Positions 1-13,775 are shown, counted from the stretch's first letter. The stretch is 64,000 bases of DNA from Guillardia theta CCMP2712 (GCF_000315625.1 NW_005434657.1:575407-639406), one strand, 5' to 3'. Made by a program: numbers and translations. Notes: generated by a model from the sequence alone, not told the origin.

Positions 1-1091
1 ACAAGGATTAGTGTGAACAACACAAATCCACCGACAAAGAACCAGACACCTGTGGTGTGATCAAATGATCGAAACTATTCAATACAATGTTCGCGTACCA
101 TCCTCAGCATGTCTCAAACATGCAGTAGCAGGCGCAGCCTGTCACTCAATCAAAAAATGCTAGAACCGTGCAACATAGATCAAGGTTGAGAGATGGTATT
201 CGAATCATGGCATACCATCTTCGTGGTGATCTTCAAGTGACCACAGGTCTTCTCCCTCTCCCTCTCCCTCTCCCTCTCTTCCTCGTCCCTCCTCCACCAC
301 TTGGATCCAAGCACCACCATAGTCGGGGCGTCTCCTGGCCCCCTCTGAAGGTTCCCTAGTTTACTACGGTAACTAAATTATTTAGTCAAAAATTGTGTTG
401 ACCATTGAGGCGGGCCGGTCCAGATGACATGAGGTGCGTTACAGATACCGTTACAACTTTGAAGGACTGCCATCTTTCGCAACTTCCTCGTCATGCTTGG
501 CATGATAGAGTCTACCCCACCCCTTCACTCAAGGATTCAATTGGGTCAAGGAAGGGGGTACTCGGTAGAGGGGAGGAATGGCTCAGCCGCAGATGGCAGA
601 TCAGGTGCGTGTACGCGAAGGCGAGAAAATGATGACGATGAGGGAGAAGAGTAAGTCTAGAACGATGAAGAGCGTTGAGATGAAGGGTGGGAGAGAGAAG
701 ATGGCTGTAGATGGATTGACATCATGGTGGAGAAAGAGTCGGGGATAGTGGTCGCGATGCGATCTCAGGGGAGGTTGAAAAGCAGCAAGTGCGGGAGAGG
801 AGAAAGACAACAAGCAGAAGAAAGCAAAATAGCGAGAAGGCGCCAGGTTGATGAAGCGAGGAGCAGAATTGGAGATCCAGGACGAGGAATATGAAGGGAA
901 GGGATTCACGAAGGGGGACGTATGATTCGTAACTATAGTGAACTTGTGAAGCAACAGTGAGCTTATAGGTTTATATCCCTATAGTGATCTGTTCAACTCT
1001 AGGTGTGAGGCTGACGAATCAAAGTCGACCTGGAGATCCCCATCGGGAGCGAGACCCTTGATACACCGCTGGACTTGGTCTCGTTTCAAGA

Positions 1092-2081
1092 ATGGCAAAC
1101 ACGATGGAACAGGTGGCCGTAACTGATATCTCTCTGCCATTATGACATCTGTGGAAGGAATCTATGATGGAACAGATTCTGAGAGCCAGAGACCACTATC
1201 AGGTAATGACCTGAGCTCATGTCCCCGGCCCGGTACGCTCACGTTGCTCGAAAGGTCCTGGGATTGGAACGAGATTGCAATGAGATGGACATTAAGAAGT
1301 CTCATCGGTGATGCAAATGGCTCGTGTGTGCCTTGGCTTCTGTTCTGAGGAGACTTCAACAGAAACTTGGTGAGGCTTGTTCATCCCGACAAAGTTCACT
1401 GCAGGTATGACAATCAGCTGGGCTACTATGGTTGCCCCTCACTTGCGTGCACTTCTAGCTCCGACAGCGAGATGAAACGGACAGAACGAGCGTTCAGAGC
1501 AGTGCAGGTATAACTTAGTTTGGTACTTGTTTGGTGGAAGATGCTTCTTCATTGCAAGCTCTCTAGGCGATCGCAGGTTTGAACTTGAGTGCAGGTCGCG
1601 TATGAAACCCTGTCACTTCCACACAAACGCAAAGCGTATGACCTGCAACTTAAGATGCAGGTGTGCACTGGGTTGTTGAGAGTTTTCATCGCCCACGATT
1701 TTGACAGGGGAAGAGTGCGCAGTTTGTACCCGGAGAAAGCAGGTTGGATCGATTTTCAACATGGGTAAATTTTTTGATTTGAACTGTGAAGCAACTCCGG
1801 AGAGGATTTGGACGCAGAGGATGGTCCGACGACTGTTCAAGTGCTTTGTGTATATGGCCGAATGTCTTGTTACCAACTCTCTTGCTCTGCAGTTCTTCAC
1901 GATGATTCTGCAAATTCTGCTTGCTGTCACGATTCATGTTGCAAAGACAGCGTTAGCTGAACTTCTTATGTTCCATACTGCACAAGCGCTTCCACTTCAG
2001 GCAATGAAAATACATGTCTTTGTTTTTTTTACCATTTTTGTAGATTGCGATGTTGGCACACATATTTTTGTGGGCAGGTAA
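1092..2081 (+). CDS. DnaJ-domain (Hsp40 type III) protein, multi-exon, hydrophobic C-terminus; 5' end uncertain
   Basis: Joining short exons across GT-AG introns gives MEQILRARDHYQ|VLGLERDCNEMDIK|..LVRLVHPDKVHC|..TERAFRAVQ|VAYETLSLPHKRKAYD, a J-domain with the HPD motif near 1383-1391. Confidence 0.75.
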
Positions 2082-3297
2082 CGGTTCGCCGTCGTGCTTG
2101 CGCCATTGATTTGAGAATGAAAGGTTTTGGATGCGGGTTTCTGACCTCGGCGATTTGGGTCGGTCTGGGTTATACACTGAACAATGTATTATGTCATCTA
2201 GGCTCAATCCAAGACTCTTGACGTTGCTTTCTTTGACTTCAGCTTGTCGGAACGAAGAAATTGTTTATTTGGATCCTCCGTCTCGGAATCTTGCAGGTTG
2301 AGATTGGTGGTTGTAGCATGTCACACAGTGATCATACCTTTCACAGTTCGAAAACTGGAATACAAAAGGAGGAATTCCTTTCTGGGCCTTCGTATTTGTC
2401 ACAATCCACTTACAGATAGGTTCATCAAATCACATCCACAGTCATGTATCTAATATTTGGCTCCTCGCCTGCAGCCTATCAGACTTCGTTCTCCTCTGCT
2501 TTCATATCAGGAGTGATGGCAGGCCTGACAATATTGATCGGTACCTCATGTACCATCTTAATTTTCTTCTTACCTTACTCAACAGGACTCTTAATGCCGA
2601 ACATGTCGTTTGGATCGAACGCGATCTATGTTGGAGGAGGTGCATGTCCACCGCTGCCGGCATATTGACAGGAGTGAACATTTACTTGCAGTCATCGCAT
2701 TTGTCGGAGTCTATTATTGCAGTGTCGACGTATTCGGTGCAATCTTCGTCGGAATCCTTGCCTGGCACTTCCTCCAGGGACTCCCGACGGTAAGAGAGCT
2801 TGTGTTACAATGGCCTTGTTCGTGGGTTTCACATCACAGACTTTTGATCTGCGACACAGGTTTGTCTCGGGACATTGGGTATGGTATTGCTGTACATCGT
2901 ATATCGGTGAGCCTTTGACTCTTGCGTCTCTATGGTGTTATTCGGTTGACTTGCGATCAGATTAAGCATATCAGTCTTGCTGTTTGTCTTTGCATTGGTA
3001 ACTTCCGATGGCGATGCCTTTCTGTTTAGGTCACTTTCTTTCTGTCAGGTCATCCTTTTCTTGGGGTCTGAGCAGGTAGAGCTTGTTTCTCTACAAGCAA
3101 CGAGCTTTGTTCGTTCGGTGGACTCAAAATTGGCTTGCAGAGCTTACTCCTCGTTGTCATCGTTCTTCTTTCGGCCATCATCTCGGTGGACACGTTTTTT
3201 GTGCATCTCAAGTCCCGTCTCATTCACTTCTAGATCTCCAACTATGGCTTCTGGAGCTTTTTCCTCTACTTCCTCGCGGTGTACGGGGGGAGGAGAA

Positions 3298-6200
3298 TGA
3301 TCAAGGGGAAGCGCCTCGGCAAGAGGATGGTGAAGCCTCAAGCTAGAAGCAGGCACGAGCTGAATAGAACGCTGCAGATCCTCTCCGTCGGGCTAATCTG
3401 GTGTCTCGAGTGTGGTTTCCTCTCCGGCATGCTGGTGAATGAGAAGCGCTTCATGCTCTCCCTTGCTTATGCAGCTTTCAGTGTGCTTTCATCTCGTACA
3501 TCGCAGGGGAGATCCTCGTGGCGACAAGGGATGTGGAGCATGACGATGGCGTATGTGAAGCCCAGCGGCAGGACGAGCAACTGATGTCTTGACAGGAATA
3601 TCGACCTCGCAAGGATGGAAGCGCAGGAGACGATGGTGATGCTCTTGACAAGAACGATGGCGCATGTTGAGAATCTGTGACAGGCAAGAGCAAGAGCACG
3701 CCCAACGCGAAGAAGAACAACAAGAAAGGTCGCAAGTGAAGCCTGGAAGGCGCTGACTCGAATATTCTTTCAAGTAAAGATCCTTTCTCTTCTTTCCAGC
3801 TGCTATGTCGCCACGTTCCGATCCGAGCTCGCCTCATTTTGGTTGGCTGGAAAGAGTGAGGGCAGCAATTAAAGGTCTCCCTGATTCCCTGTAAAAAATG
3901 AAGAGGCAGCAATTGCCATTATTCCAAGCCCACCTCAGAATGATATGAAAGTGATCCGCAAAACTGGGTGACCGTAAGGATCCATGCAGACCAGAGGAGG
4001 CGATGGAGGAGGCGGAGGACGAGAAAGAGGAGGAGAGGATCGAAGAGGAAGATAACGAGGGATACCCAGAGGAGGATTCTCAGCACGGACTGCTGAACTC
4101 AATCGTCTAATCGATGTATGCTGCTCTCCCGACGCGCTACTTCTGTTGTTATGTTGTCGCCATCGTCCTTGTACTCAAAGGACGACAAGTCGATGGCATG
4201 TCTGCGACTTCCGGAGGACATCTCAACACCTACATACCGAAGGCTTCAGTCGAAATGTTGCTAGATGAAGCAGAGGCCGCGATGAGGTTCTCACGATTCT
4301 CCTGCTACTCGTCCTGACCTCGAATGCTAGTCGTGGGGAGGTAGAGAAGGCATTGCAAACATACAACAGAGCGATCGCAGAGGACCCTTCCTGCGAGAAG
4401 TAAGCTTGATGTCACCGCATGGCGATCCTAAGGCTCCTGTAGGCTTTATGCGTCCAGAGCAAGTGCGCTGTTGAAGATGAATCGTCTGCAGGAGGTTTGA
4501 CGCGCAGTTGGGTTTGTGAGCATGTGATGTCGAGCAACAGGCGTTGGATGATGCGTTCACTGCCAAGAGACTGTCAGGTTGCAAGATACTCGTTGAGCTG
4601 ACAAGCAAGAATCGGTGGACTCATGTCAAGCAGGCGATCGCAACAAGAACATAATGCAGGAACTGCGGTGAGAGCCATGTGCTGAAGAAAGCTGTTCTCA
4701 TAGAGCGTTAGGGAGGACGCGATCGAGCAGGAGGAAGAAGACGTTCTGATCAAGTTTCGAATCAAGACGACTCACCCCTTACGTGTCGGAGAATGTGTCT
4801 ACATCGCTGGTGCTCGCCAAGGGCAGCGCGGAACATCATTGATGGCTGCGTTCAGGAAATCACGCAAAGCTTGGAGGTTGGGATCCAGAGAAAGGACTCA
4901 AGTACTTGATGTCTATCTTCTTGCAGCTCCGATGAATTTGATTGCTTGCTTCAAGGCTGCAGGAAGTAGCGGAAGGAGATGAAAACTCGGCGACTTCAGA
5001 GCGCTTGTGGGAGGGGTGTCAGATGGTTGATTGCAAGGATGCGGTAAGGACTTGTTCGCATGTCGACCTGCTTGCAGTCAACTGCTCCTGTCCTCTAGGA
5101 ATTTCTGCTGTACAAGTACGTCACTGGGTACCCAAAGAAGGGAAAGTGGAGGTGCGAAGCACTGGCTGATGCTGTTGTTGAGGCGTGAGCCAGGTGGGAA
5201 GACAAAGTGAAGCTGAGATCGTTCTCTTCAAGTGAGAGGGATACGTTAAAGAAGCACAAGGAATGATCTCTGCTCCCCTGCTCTTGCCCCTAACAGTCTC
5301 CTGCAGGCGAAGACGCAAGAGGAGAAGGGCAACGTCACGATCTTCCTCAAGGATGACGGGGAATTCAACGTGTTCGTGGACGAAGACGAGGAGCCGGCGT
5401 CGCCTCAACGAGCGCCGCCGGGGTACTCGATCTCGGAGTGTAGCTCTCCTACCTGTGATGCTGCCTTTGATTTCAGGTCGAGACACCAACAAGGTCAACA
5501 ACTTGCAGTGGTGAAAGACAGTCCAAGCACAAGCTGTGTCTCCTTTCAGATTCAGGTGAGTTGATTTCCTGGACGGGGGCAAGAGGTGTATGCAATAACT
5601 ATGAAGAAATTCTTCTCCCTTCCTCTCTTTTACTCTCCCTCCCCCCCGTCCTCTTCGTCTCCATCCTGTCATTCCCTGACAAACGCTCTCGTTTCCACAG
5701 GTAGAAACACAGTTTGGGGATGAAGTCTACATCTGCGGCTCATGTCCTGAGCTCGGGAGTTGGGTACCAGCACTTAGCAGGAAGCTGATGACCAACAAGG
5801 TCAACTAGTTCTGTCCTCCGAGACGTTCTGCCCTGCTAAACTGTACACGGCTCGCAGGAGATCTATCCGGTCTGGTTCACGGACATTCAGTTTCCTGTTG
5901 ATGGTTGAAAGGTAGCCTCTACGCTCCCTTGCTCTGACCTGCCTGCAGGAAACACAATCAAGTACAAATATCTCATCCGTCATGCTACGGTTCGATCCTC
6001 CTGTCCTCCGCACGCTTCACTCCTCGTTCTGCCTTGACTCCTCCCATTTCCCGTCTCTTGCTGATTTTTGATGCCCCATCTTCTCCCTTTCCCCTGCTCC
6101 ACCTTGTATCGTCCAACCCCTTCCTTTACCCCTTCTCGCCCCCGTTGCCTCGCCCTCTCTCCCCCTCACTTCCGCTTCCTTCTCCCTCCCTATCTCCCTG

Positions 6201-7887
6201 CCTCTCCATCCTCTCTTTTTTCTGCCTTGCTCCCTCTCATCTAACACGTCAACAACAGCAAGACGAATGGATGTGGGAGGAATCGATTCACGACCGAGAG
6301 GTAAAGGGAATGGGGCACAAGCAACCTATGACTCAACTTGATCAGATCCTCCCCATCGGTGAAGCTTTCTCTGTGAACGACGGCAGGTCAGGCTGAATTT
6401 TCTCCTCCTCCTCCTCCTCCTCCTCCTCCTCCTCCTCCTCCTCTCCCGTCCTCTTCCTGCTGTCTATCTGCGAAATGCTCCTTGTTCCCATGCATCTCCT
6501 TGCTACCGATGAACCTCTCCAATCCTTGTGTCCTACCTAAATTCTCTGTCCCTTCATCCTCTCCCTTCCTCTGCCTCCTCCGCTCTCCTCCTCATCATCC
6601 TCGACAGGTTCAACGTGGCAAGACGGCAAATCACTTTCCAGAAGCTGCGGCCAGCAGGAGGTGAAGGTCAACCCATGATCGACGACAAGACGATCAAGTC
6701 TCAGATACTCACCCTCGAGAAGAAGAATGCTGCACTCGAGGTTTGAAGCGACTGCTCCTCTCCCACCTCCTGCCCACCTGCGAGTTCTTCCTCTCGTATC
6801 TCCTTGCTCTTCACCCCTGTTTCCTCTCCCTCCTGCCTTGCTCGCCTCCCTCTCGCCTCATCCTCTCACTCCCCGATCAGGCAGATATCTCCGAGCTGCA
6901 GAAGAAACACTCCCTCGCCCTCCAAGAGGTCGAGGCCCTCCGAGTCCAGGTGAGGGTCAGCAGGAGCGTCAGCTGGGGATTGACGCTGATGGACATTCAG
7001 TCGGGGGAGGAAGGAGCCGAAGTTGCCCTCGGCCTCCTCACCAAAGTTCAGGTGAAGCGAGAGCAGCGAAAGTTTGACCGACTGACGAGCGGGACGAGCA
7101 GAGCCAGCTGTCAGCCCTTGAAACAGCCAGGTGACATCTGCCCCCAATGCTCATCACCATCGTCGTCACCGGCCACCATTATCAGCAGCATCTCTACATC
7201 ATCAGCATCATTGCATCATCACCAGCACCAGCACCAGCACCAGCACCAGCACCAGCATTTGCATCATCATCCTCACCTCCAACAATATGAACATCAGCAG
7301 CGGAGTTGTCGTTCGGGCAGAGTTTGTCACCACTGATCTCCTCCCCTTCACTAGGTCTGCCATCGAAAAGAGGACGGCAGAAGCAAAGGTAACAAGAGGG
7401 AGAGAGGGCGCGACATGACTGACGACGCTCTTTGTTTTCAGATGCAAATTCGAACTTTGAACGAGACCGCGATCGTAAGTCTGTCGTTCCCTCAGCTCCT
7501 CGGGCTCACGACCGACTTAGGAATCGAAAATCGCCTACGAGAAGTGTGACGAGGAGATCAATGCGACTAAGGAATCGTCTCCTGCTCTCTCAACCTCTGA
7601 CTTCATCCCTCCTCTCCTCTGCTTCTCTCTTTCTCCACTGCCCTCGTGGCTGATTGTCGACGTCACAGGCGGATTGCGACATGTTGGCAACAGAGCTTGT
7701 TCAACTGCAACATGCTCTGAAGAAGGAGAGTTGAGATGACCCTCTCAGCAAGACATTGATTGTTACTCTTCGTGATCTCAACAGGTCGTAGAAGATGTCA
7801 TGCTGAAACGAGACGCTCTGCAAAAGATCGAAGAGCAAGACAAGCAAGCTGGACAGGTCGCCAGCTACCCCTTGTTCAATCTCAAGC

Positions 7888-7941
<54 letters not shown>

Positions 7942-10900
7942 GGTTTTCTCCTAAACTCTTCCTCTCTCCCTCCCTTCTGTTGATTCCGAGAGCCTCGGCT
8001 CCAACTGCCGCATCGCGCAGCTTTGTCACCTTCTGGGCAGGAGCTGAGAATGGAAGTGATCAAGATAGGAGAGCGCATCAACAGCATCGAAGGTCATCGA
8101 CAGGCCTCTGCTGTCTGAGTCTTATCTCAACTTCTAGGACAACTTGACGACACCGGGCGAGAAGAGCTGAAGCGAACAGTACATGACCTGGAGGTCCAGG
8201 TGACGGGATTGTTGCAGAGAGAGTCTGGGATGACAAGTTGGGAAAGGTCAAGGATGCAGAGAGTGAAGCGCAGGCGAGGTCCGATCAGCAACAGAAGAGC
8301 ATCGAAAAACTCAAGAAGGTAACGATTTGCCAAGTTTGAGGAAGGAGGAGGGGAGGAGGGGAGGAATATCGTAGAGAATTTAACGTGCGGGTCAAACTAT
8401 TAGATGCATAATGAGTTCCAATCAAACATGGAAGCTCAACTTTCCAAGATCGCATCGGAGGAGAAGGTACCTGGGCTTCAGCACTGTTCCTCCTAACTCA
8501 TGCAGGCTACTGAAGTACAACTCCGGGAAGTTGAAACAGAGATGGAGAAAGTATGTTCCTTTCTCCCCTCCTCTGCTATCTCATGCTTCATTCGACCTTC
8601 CCCCTCTCTTCCCACCTCCTCCTCTCCTCCTCTCCTCCTCTCCTCCTCTCCTTCTCTCCTCCTCTCCTCCTCTCTTTCTCTCCTTCTCTCCTCTGCTTCG
8701 TTCGTTCCCACCTCCCTCCATGCTTGCTTGTTCCTCGCTCTCAAGCAGCTTCAAGGTCGCAAAGGAACTGGATGAGCTGCAGCTGCAGCACGCGCGGGTA
8801 GCTGCTCGTCTCACCGTCTCACCGCCATCACCAACATGCTTGCAGGCAAACAACAAGACGAGCGAGCTAGCGGAGAGCATGCGAGAGATGCGAGACAAGT
8901 GAGGGAGGGAGGCAGGAGAGAGGAGACTTTGACGTCACGTCAGACTGGAGCAGCAGCAGCGGGAGGAGGCGGAGCTCGATCAATCGGTTCGCCTCCTGTC
9001 AAGACCCTCTGATGATGACGTCGAGATGGATGCAGATGAAGGAGAGGAAGACGGAGAGCCAGCGAGATATCGAGGACCTCTCTCGTGATCCTCCTCCTTT
9101 GCCACTGCTCCGACTCACGTCCCAACCACCAGGAAGGCTAAAATCATCGGAGGAAGAGCTTGCTCTGCTCAAGGTTTGCTACAACTACTTCTCCTCCATC
9201 TCCCATTCCCCGCTCCCGCCCCCTGCTGTTCTTCCCTGCTGACCATCTCTGCTAGCTGGAAGAGCAGAAGAACACTGCCAAGAAACGACAATCAGAGCAG
9301 ACTTTGCTACATCTCAAGGGACAGGTGGCTGGGTTGAGAAAGCGCGAGCCATTGAATTGAGCGAGGCTGGCAGATTCTTGCCATCACCCGCTACTTCGAG
9401 AAAGCTGTCAACTCATCGCAAACGATTGAGACTGATGTGAAGCTCCTCTCCTCCCGCTCCCTCCCTCCCTCCCTCCCTCCCTCCCTATCTACCTACCTAC
9501 CTCCCTCCCTCCCTCCCTACCTCCCTCCCTCTCCCCCTCTCTCCTCTTGTTCTTCTGCTTTTTCTACATGTTCTTTTGTCGCTCCGTTCGATACTTCTCT
9601 TCTCTTCTCGATTTGTGACGAAATTTGACGAGTTGTGCTCACTTTCACATACATGCGCATCAGAGAATGCCTTCAGTGATGGGGAGCTGCAGGTTGAGAG
9701 GCTGAAGCAAAACATCACCGTGTTGGAATCAAAAGCGCGTGACATGTACCAGCAGGTCCATCCTGCCCATTGAATGCTTTCAAGTCCACAATCTTATTCC
9801 TTTGCAGTCAAGTCGGATCCAGCGGTTGGAGCAGGACAAGCTCAAGTTGTCTGCGATGTTGACAGATGCTGTGATACCTGTTGATGAGATTCGACTCGTT
9901 TGACAAGGATGTTCGATAGCAAACGACGCATGATCACTTGAACGACGAGTTTGTGCAAATCAAGGTAACGAGAGGACTTCTGAGGGCACCAGCCTGTCGT
10001 TGACATGCATCCAAGACTCGGCTGAACGAATCAGACTCGAAGCTGCTGGTAGAGTTGCGCTCCCTCTTGATACCTCGCTGATCGACACGTTGAAAGGAAG
10101 TTGAAAGGAACAAAACCAAGGAACTAGCGCAGCTAAACGACACAAAGGTGACAAACTCCCGTGCTGACCTTGATCGTTGACTTGCCTCCCCGAAGGCCCT
10201 CTTGACCCTGAAGAGACAAAACGTGACGTGGCTGTCGGGCAATGTGCGCGGGCAAGCAGGAGGAGAAGAACAGGATGGTGAGAAGTTGCTGCAGGTGTCG
10301 CTGAAGATCGAGGAGCTGCAAGAGAAGAAGTACCTGCTCGACTCGATCAACTCCGAGCACGACAGTCTCCATCAGAAGATCATGGAGGTTCGGAAGTGAC
10401 GAGCTGACGTGGATGGGATGATGATTGTTGTCTCTGTCAGGTGCAAAAGCAGAATGCGCAGATGACAGAGAAGGCGAGCAAGGGCGAGGTGAGAGGCAGC
10501 AGAGGGAGGGAGGTGGGGGGAGACAGCACAGGGGAGGAAGAAGGGGAGAAGTCGGGGGAGGGGGAGGGAGCATGGGGGGGAGGGGGGTTCACCACCCCCA
10601 GGGTTTGATGGTACCATGTTCGTGCCAACATGAATTCGGTGCAAGCAGTCAGGATCAGTACATGCTTCTTCCCATGTTGGGCTGGGCACCTGCTCGAGTG
10701 GTCAACTTCGTGACATGCAAGCATCGCATCATCAACGCACCGACGCCTGCTGTATACGCTCCTGTCACTCCTCTTCCCTGCCAGGGTCGTCAGCTGACCG
10801 CTTCCCCGTACCCACCCGTTCAATCTCTCTGCCACACTCTCCATCCCCTCTCCATGACCAAACTTGGTACCGGCAGCCCAGCTCGCGCAAGGTTTGCTTG

Positions 10901-13370
10901 TGTCATACGATTCTGCACAAAACGTCAATCAGAGAGGAGGAACTCCGAGACTAGATCTTAACCGGGTCTATTCCAGAGCCCGGCAGGGTACCAGCAGGAC
11001 CTGCTTCGGTTCGGATGCCCANNNNNNNNNNNNNNNNNNNNNNNNNNNNNNNNNNNNNNNNNNNNNNNNNNNNNNNNNNNNNNNNNNNNNNNNNNNNNNN
11101 NNNNNNNNNNNNNNNNNNNNNGCTCCTCTTCCTCCATCAATCCTGCAATCTCCTCACCTCAACATCCCTGAAATCGTCTTCCTCCTTTTATTCCCTCCAT
11201 CTTAACTTTCTCCCTAGGAATCTCTCTGCAAGGACCTCGCAGGCCAGTTGTCGAGCGTGTGGGATCAAACGGAGGAGGTCAGCCTGTCCCAACCTCCCTC
11301 CTCCCTCCTCCCTCCTCCTTCCTCCGTCTTCCCTCCTCCCTCCTCCCTTGTCTTACAGTCTTCTCAGCTCAACGCCACGATCATCAGGGAGCAGCAGCGT
11401 GGAGACAGACGGGTACTTTGTCGTGCCCAGCTGTGGTTTAGCTGAAACAATTGGAAGGTGCAAGAGATCAAAGACAGGATCCGCCTACAGGAGGAATATG
11501 TCCATGAACATGCTGTAAGTTATTGCATCCTATCCTGTCCTCTCCTCTGCTGCCCTCTCCTCTCCTCTCCTCTCCTCTCCTCTCCTCTCCTCTCCTTCCT
11601 CTCCTCTCCTCCCCTCCCCTCTCCTCTCCTCCCTCTAATCCCCTCACTCCTCTCTCCTTTCTGTCTTACCTCCATTTCTCTCTACTCTCCCCTCCCGTCC
11701 AATACTCTCCTTTGTTCTGTTCGCTTCTCGTTTCCTCTTTCTAATCCTCTTGGAAGCATTCCTTTGCAAGGCTTGATGCCGACAGCACAAGGTTGAAGAG
11801 AGAGCTGGACAGCGCGACGATGGAGGTAACGGAGGAGGAGGAGGAGGAGGAGGAGGAGGAGGAGGAGGAGGAGGAGGAGGGAGGGAGGAACACTCATCAT
11901 TCTCGCAGCTGGAGTTTGGGGATCAGCAGCTGCAGGTTGAGCTGAAGAAGAAGGAAGAGCTGGACAACGAGAGGCAGCAGGTGAGGACGTCCCCTCGTTC
12001 CCTGCCTCCTCTCATCGTTGATCCCACAGGCGCTCAATCGCGCCATCGCGCTGGGTCGTTCAGCCGAGCAAGGGAGAGACGTGCTGCTGCAGGTGAGGGT
12101 GTAGGAGAGTGCTCTCAGCGGCTGACCCGTCGGTCAAAGATCCAGGAGGCGCTCAAGATGGAGCAGGAGGTGCTGGAGACCGTGAAGAAGGTGACGAGGG
12201 GGCGCCTTGACGAGCGATGGGTCTGACTTGCCGTCAGGACCTGGAGAAGGCGAGGCTGAAGACTTCAAGGGCCCAGAGGAGCCTGCAGGAGTTCGAGCAG
12301 AGGCGAGAGCACCTTGACTTCATGGTCCACCGCGCGGAGCTCGAGAGGGACCAGGTCGAGGAGCTGGCTGCTGTTTCAGCGGATGATGGTGATGGTGATG
12401 GTGATGGTGATGGTGTGTAGACGAAAGACAAGTTCGAGTCGATCAAATACGTGGAGACGTGCCAACTGGTGGCAAACCTGACGCTGCACCTGAAGCAATC
12501 GGAAGAGAAGGCTCAGAAGTGACGCTTATGACCTGTCATGCCGCGCGTGTGACATGGTTGGCAGGCTGGCAGACGAGCTCGAGGAGTTGCAGGTCAAGTA
12601 CGACAGGGAGAAGAATGACTTCGACATGTCAGAACTCGCAACAGGAGCTCCTGTTGCTCCTCCTCAAGTTTGACGGCATGCAGGCACAAGGAGGAAAACC
12701 GCAAGGTTTCGAAAGAAAACCAGAACTTAGACGATGAGATTGAGGTGAAGGCGAACCCTTGTGCTCCCCTTGTTGACCCTCCCTCGCATGGCAGAGATAT
12801 CAATCGGAGGCCAACAAGCTCGACTCGCAATCTAGCTTCCTCCTACAGCAGCTCGAGAGCATGTCCAAGGTGCCTCCGCTGGCCGCTGTTGTGCCATCGC
12901 TCGTGACTGCCGAGTCAGGAGGAGGTTGAACTTCACTCCAAGTTGAGCGCCATGGACAAGAAACTAGCGCACCTCGACGCCAAGAATGGCTACCTCGAGT
13001 CAGAGGCGGGCCTGCTGCGCAAGGAAGTGACGCAGCTGGAAGAGCAGAAGCACAAGAACAGGTGGAGGGATCTTGTGCTTGGCTCCGCTCATTCCTTGCG
13101 CGCGCAGCTCCAGTGACGCCGCGGCGGCTGAAGAGAGCAGAGCGAGTGACAAGCCAGCGCCCTCGTTGTTCCCCTTCGAGATCCCAGGTGCTCCCTCCCC
13201 CCCTCATCCACCTTCCTCACTCACTCACCTTCACCAGATGTACTCAAGCTCGAGACGCTCGACAATCAAGTATGGGATGCTTCTGCTGTCCTCGGCAACT
13301 TGACGGCTTCGATGCCCTTCCCGCCATCCATCCCTCTGCTGGACCTTGAGATGCCTGACCTCGAAGTTTG
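3298..13370 (+). CDS. Large multi-exon protein: TPR + two CBM20 starch-binding domains + long coiled coil; ends approximate, spans an N gap
   Basis: Spliced TPR near 4250-4580 (EAEAAMSRGEVEKALQTYNRAIAEDPS..LYASRASALLKMNRLQEALDDAFTAKRL). CBM20-1 near 4740-5230 (IKFRIKTTHPLRVGECVYIAGNHAKLGGWDPEKG..YKYVTG..WRWED). CBM20-2 near 5530-6390 (VSFQIQVETQFGDEVYICGSCPELGSW..YPVWFTDI..IKYKYLIR..WMWEESIHDR). Many E/K/Q/L-rich exons follow to about 13.3 kb. Continuity as a single gene is not fully verified. Confidence 0.65.
7221..7257. repeat. (CAGCAC)n microsatellite, intronic
   Basis: Direct hexamer run. Confidence 0.9.
7889..7941. repeat. (CAT)n microsatellite, intronic
   Basis: About 17 CAT copies. 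Confidence 0.95.
11022..11121. other. Assembly gap (100 N)
   Basis: Run of n. Confidence 1.
11831..11889. repeat. (GGA)n microsatellite, intronic
   Basis: Long GGA run directly after a GT donor. Confidence 0.95.
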
Positions 13371-13775
13371 ATCCTACTGACTCATGTTATAACTTAAACT
13401 CTCCGAATCTAGCATCTCAGCCTACTGACTCATGTTATAACTTCAACTATCAGTCACAAGGGATTATCTATAGGAAAGTGTCTGACAGATGCCGGACACG
13501 AGCATCATGTCTTGTCCGGCAGGGAGGGCAAAGTTGAGTAAATATTTTGTCCTGCATCTTCAATGAATGACAAATAATACCTTTGGAAAGCAGGGCACGA
13601 TTTTACTAGGGTACTTGAACTGTTTAGTAGGGGTAGCACAAAAATTATGCTACTTATTAAACTTCTTATATAACACATGCCGGACAATCCAATTAGTGCA
13701 TTAGTTTTACTCAACTTTGGAACCTCTAATTGCTCCTACCCCCTTGCCCTGCACTGTCCGATCTTATAGAAATGT

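Noticed and set aside
2100-3356. Possible minus-strand gene between the DnaJ and CBM20 genes
   Set aside because: Some coding-like acidic stretches, but I could not build a consistent spliced frame or recognise a domain.
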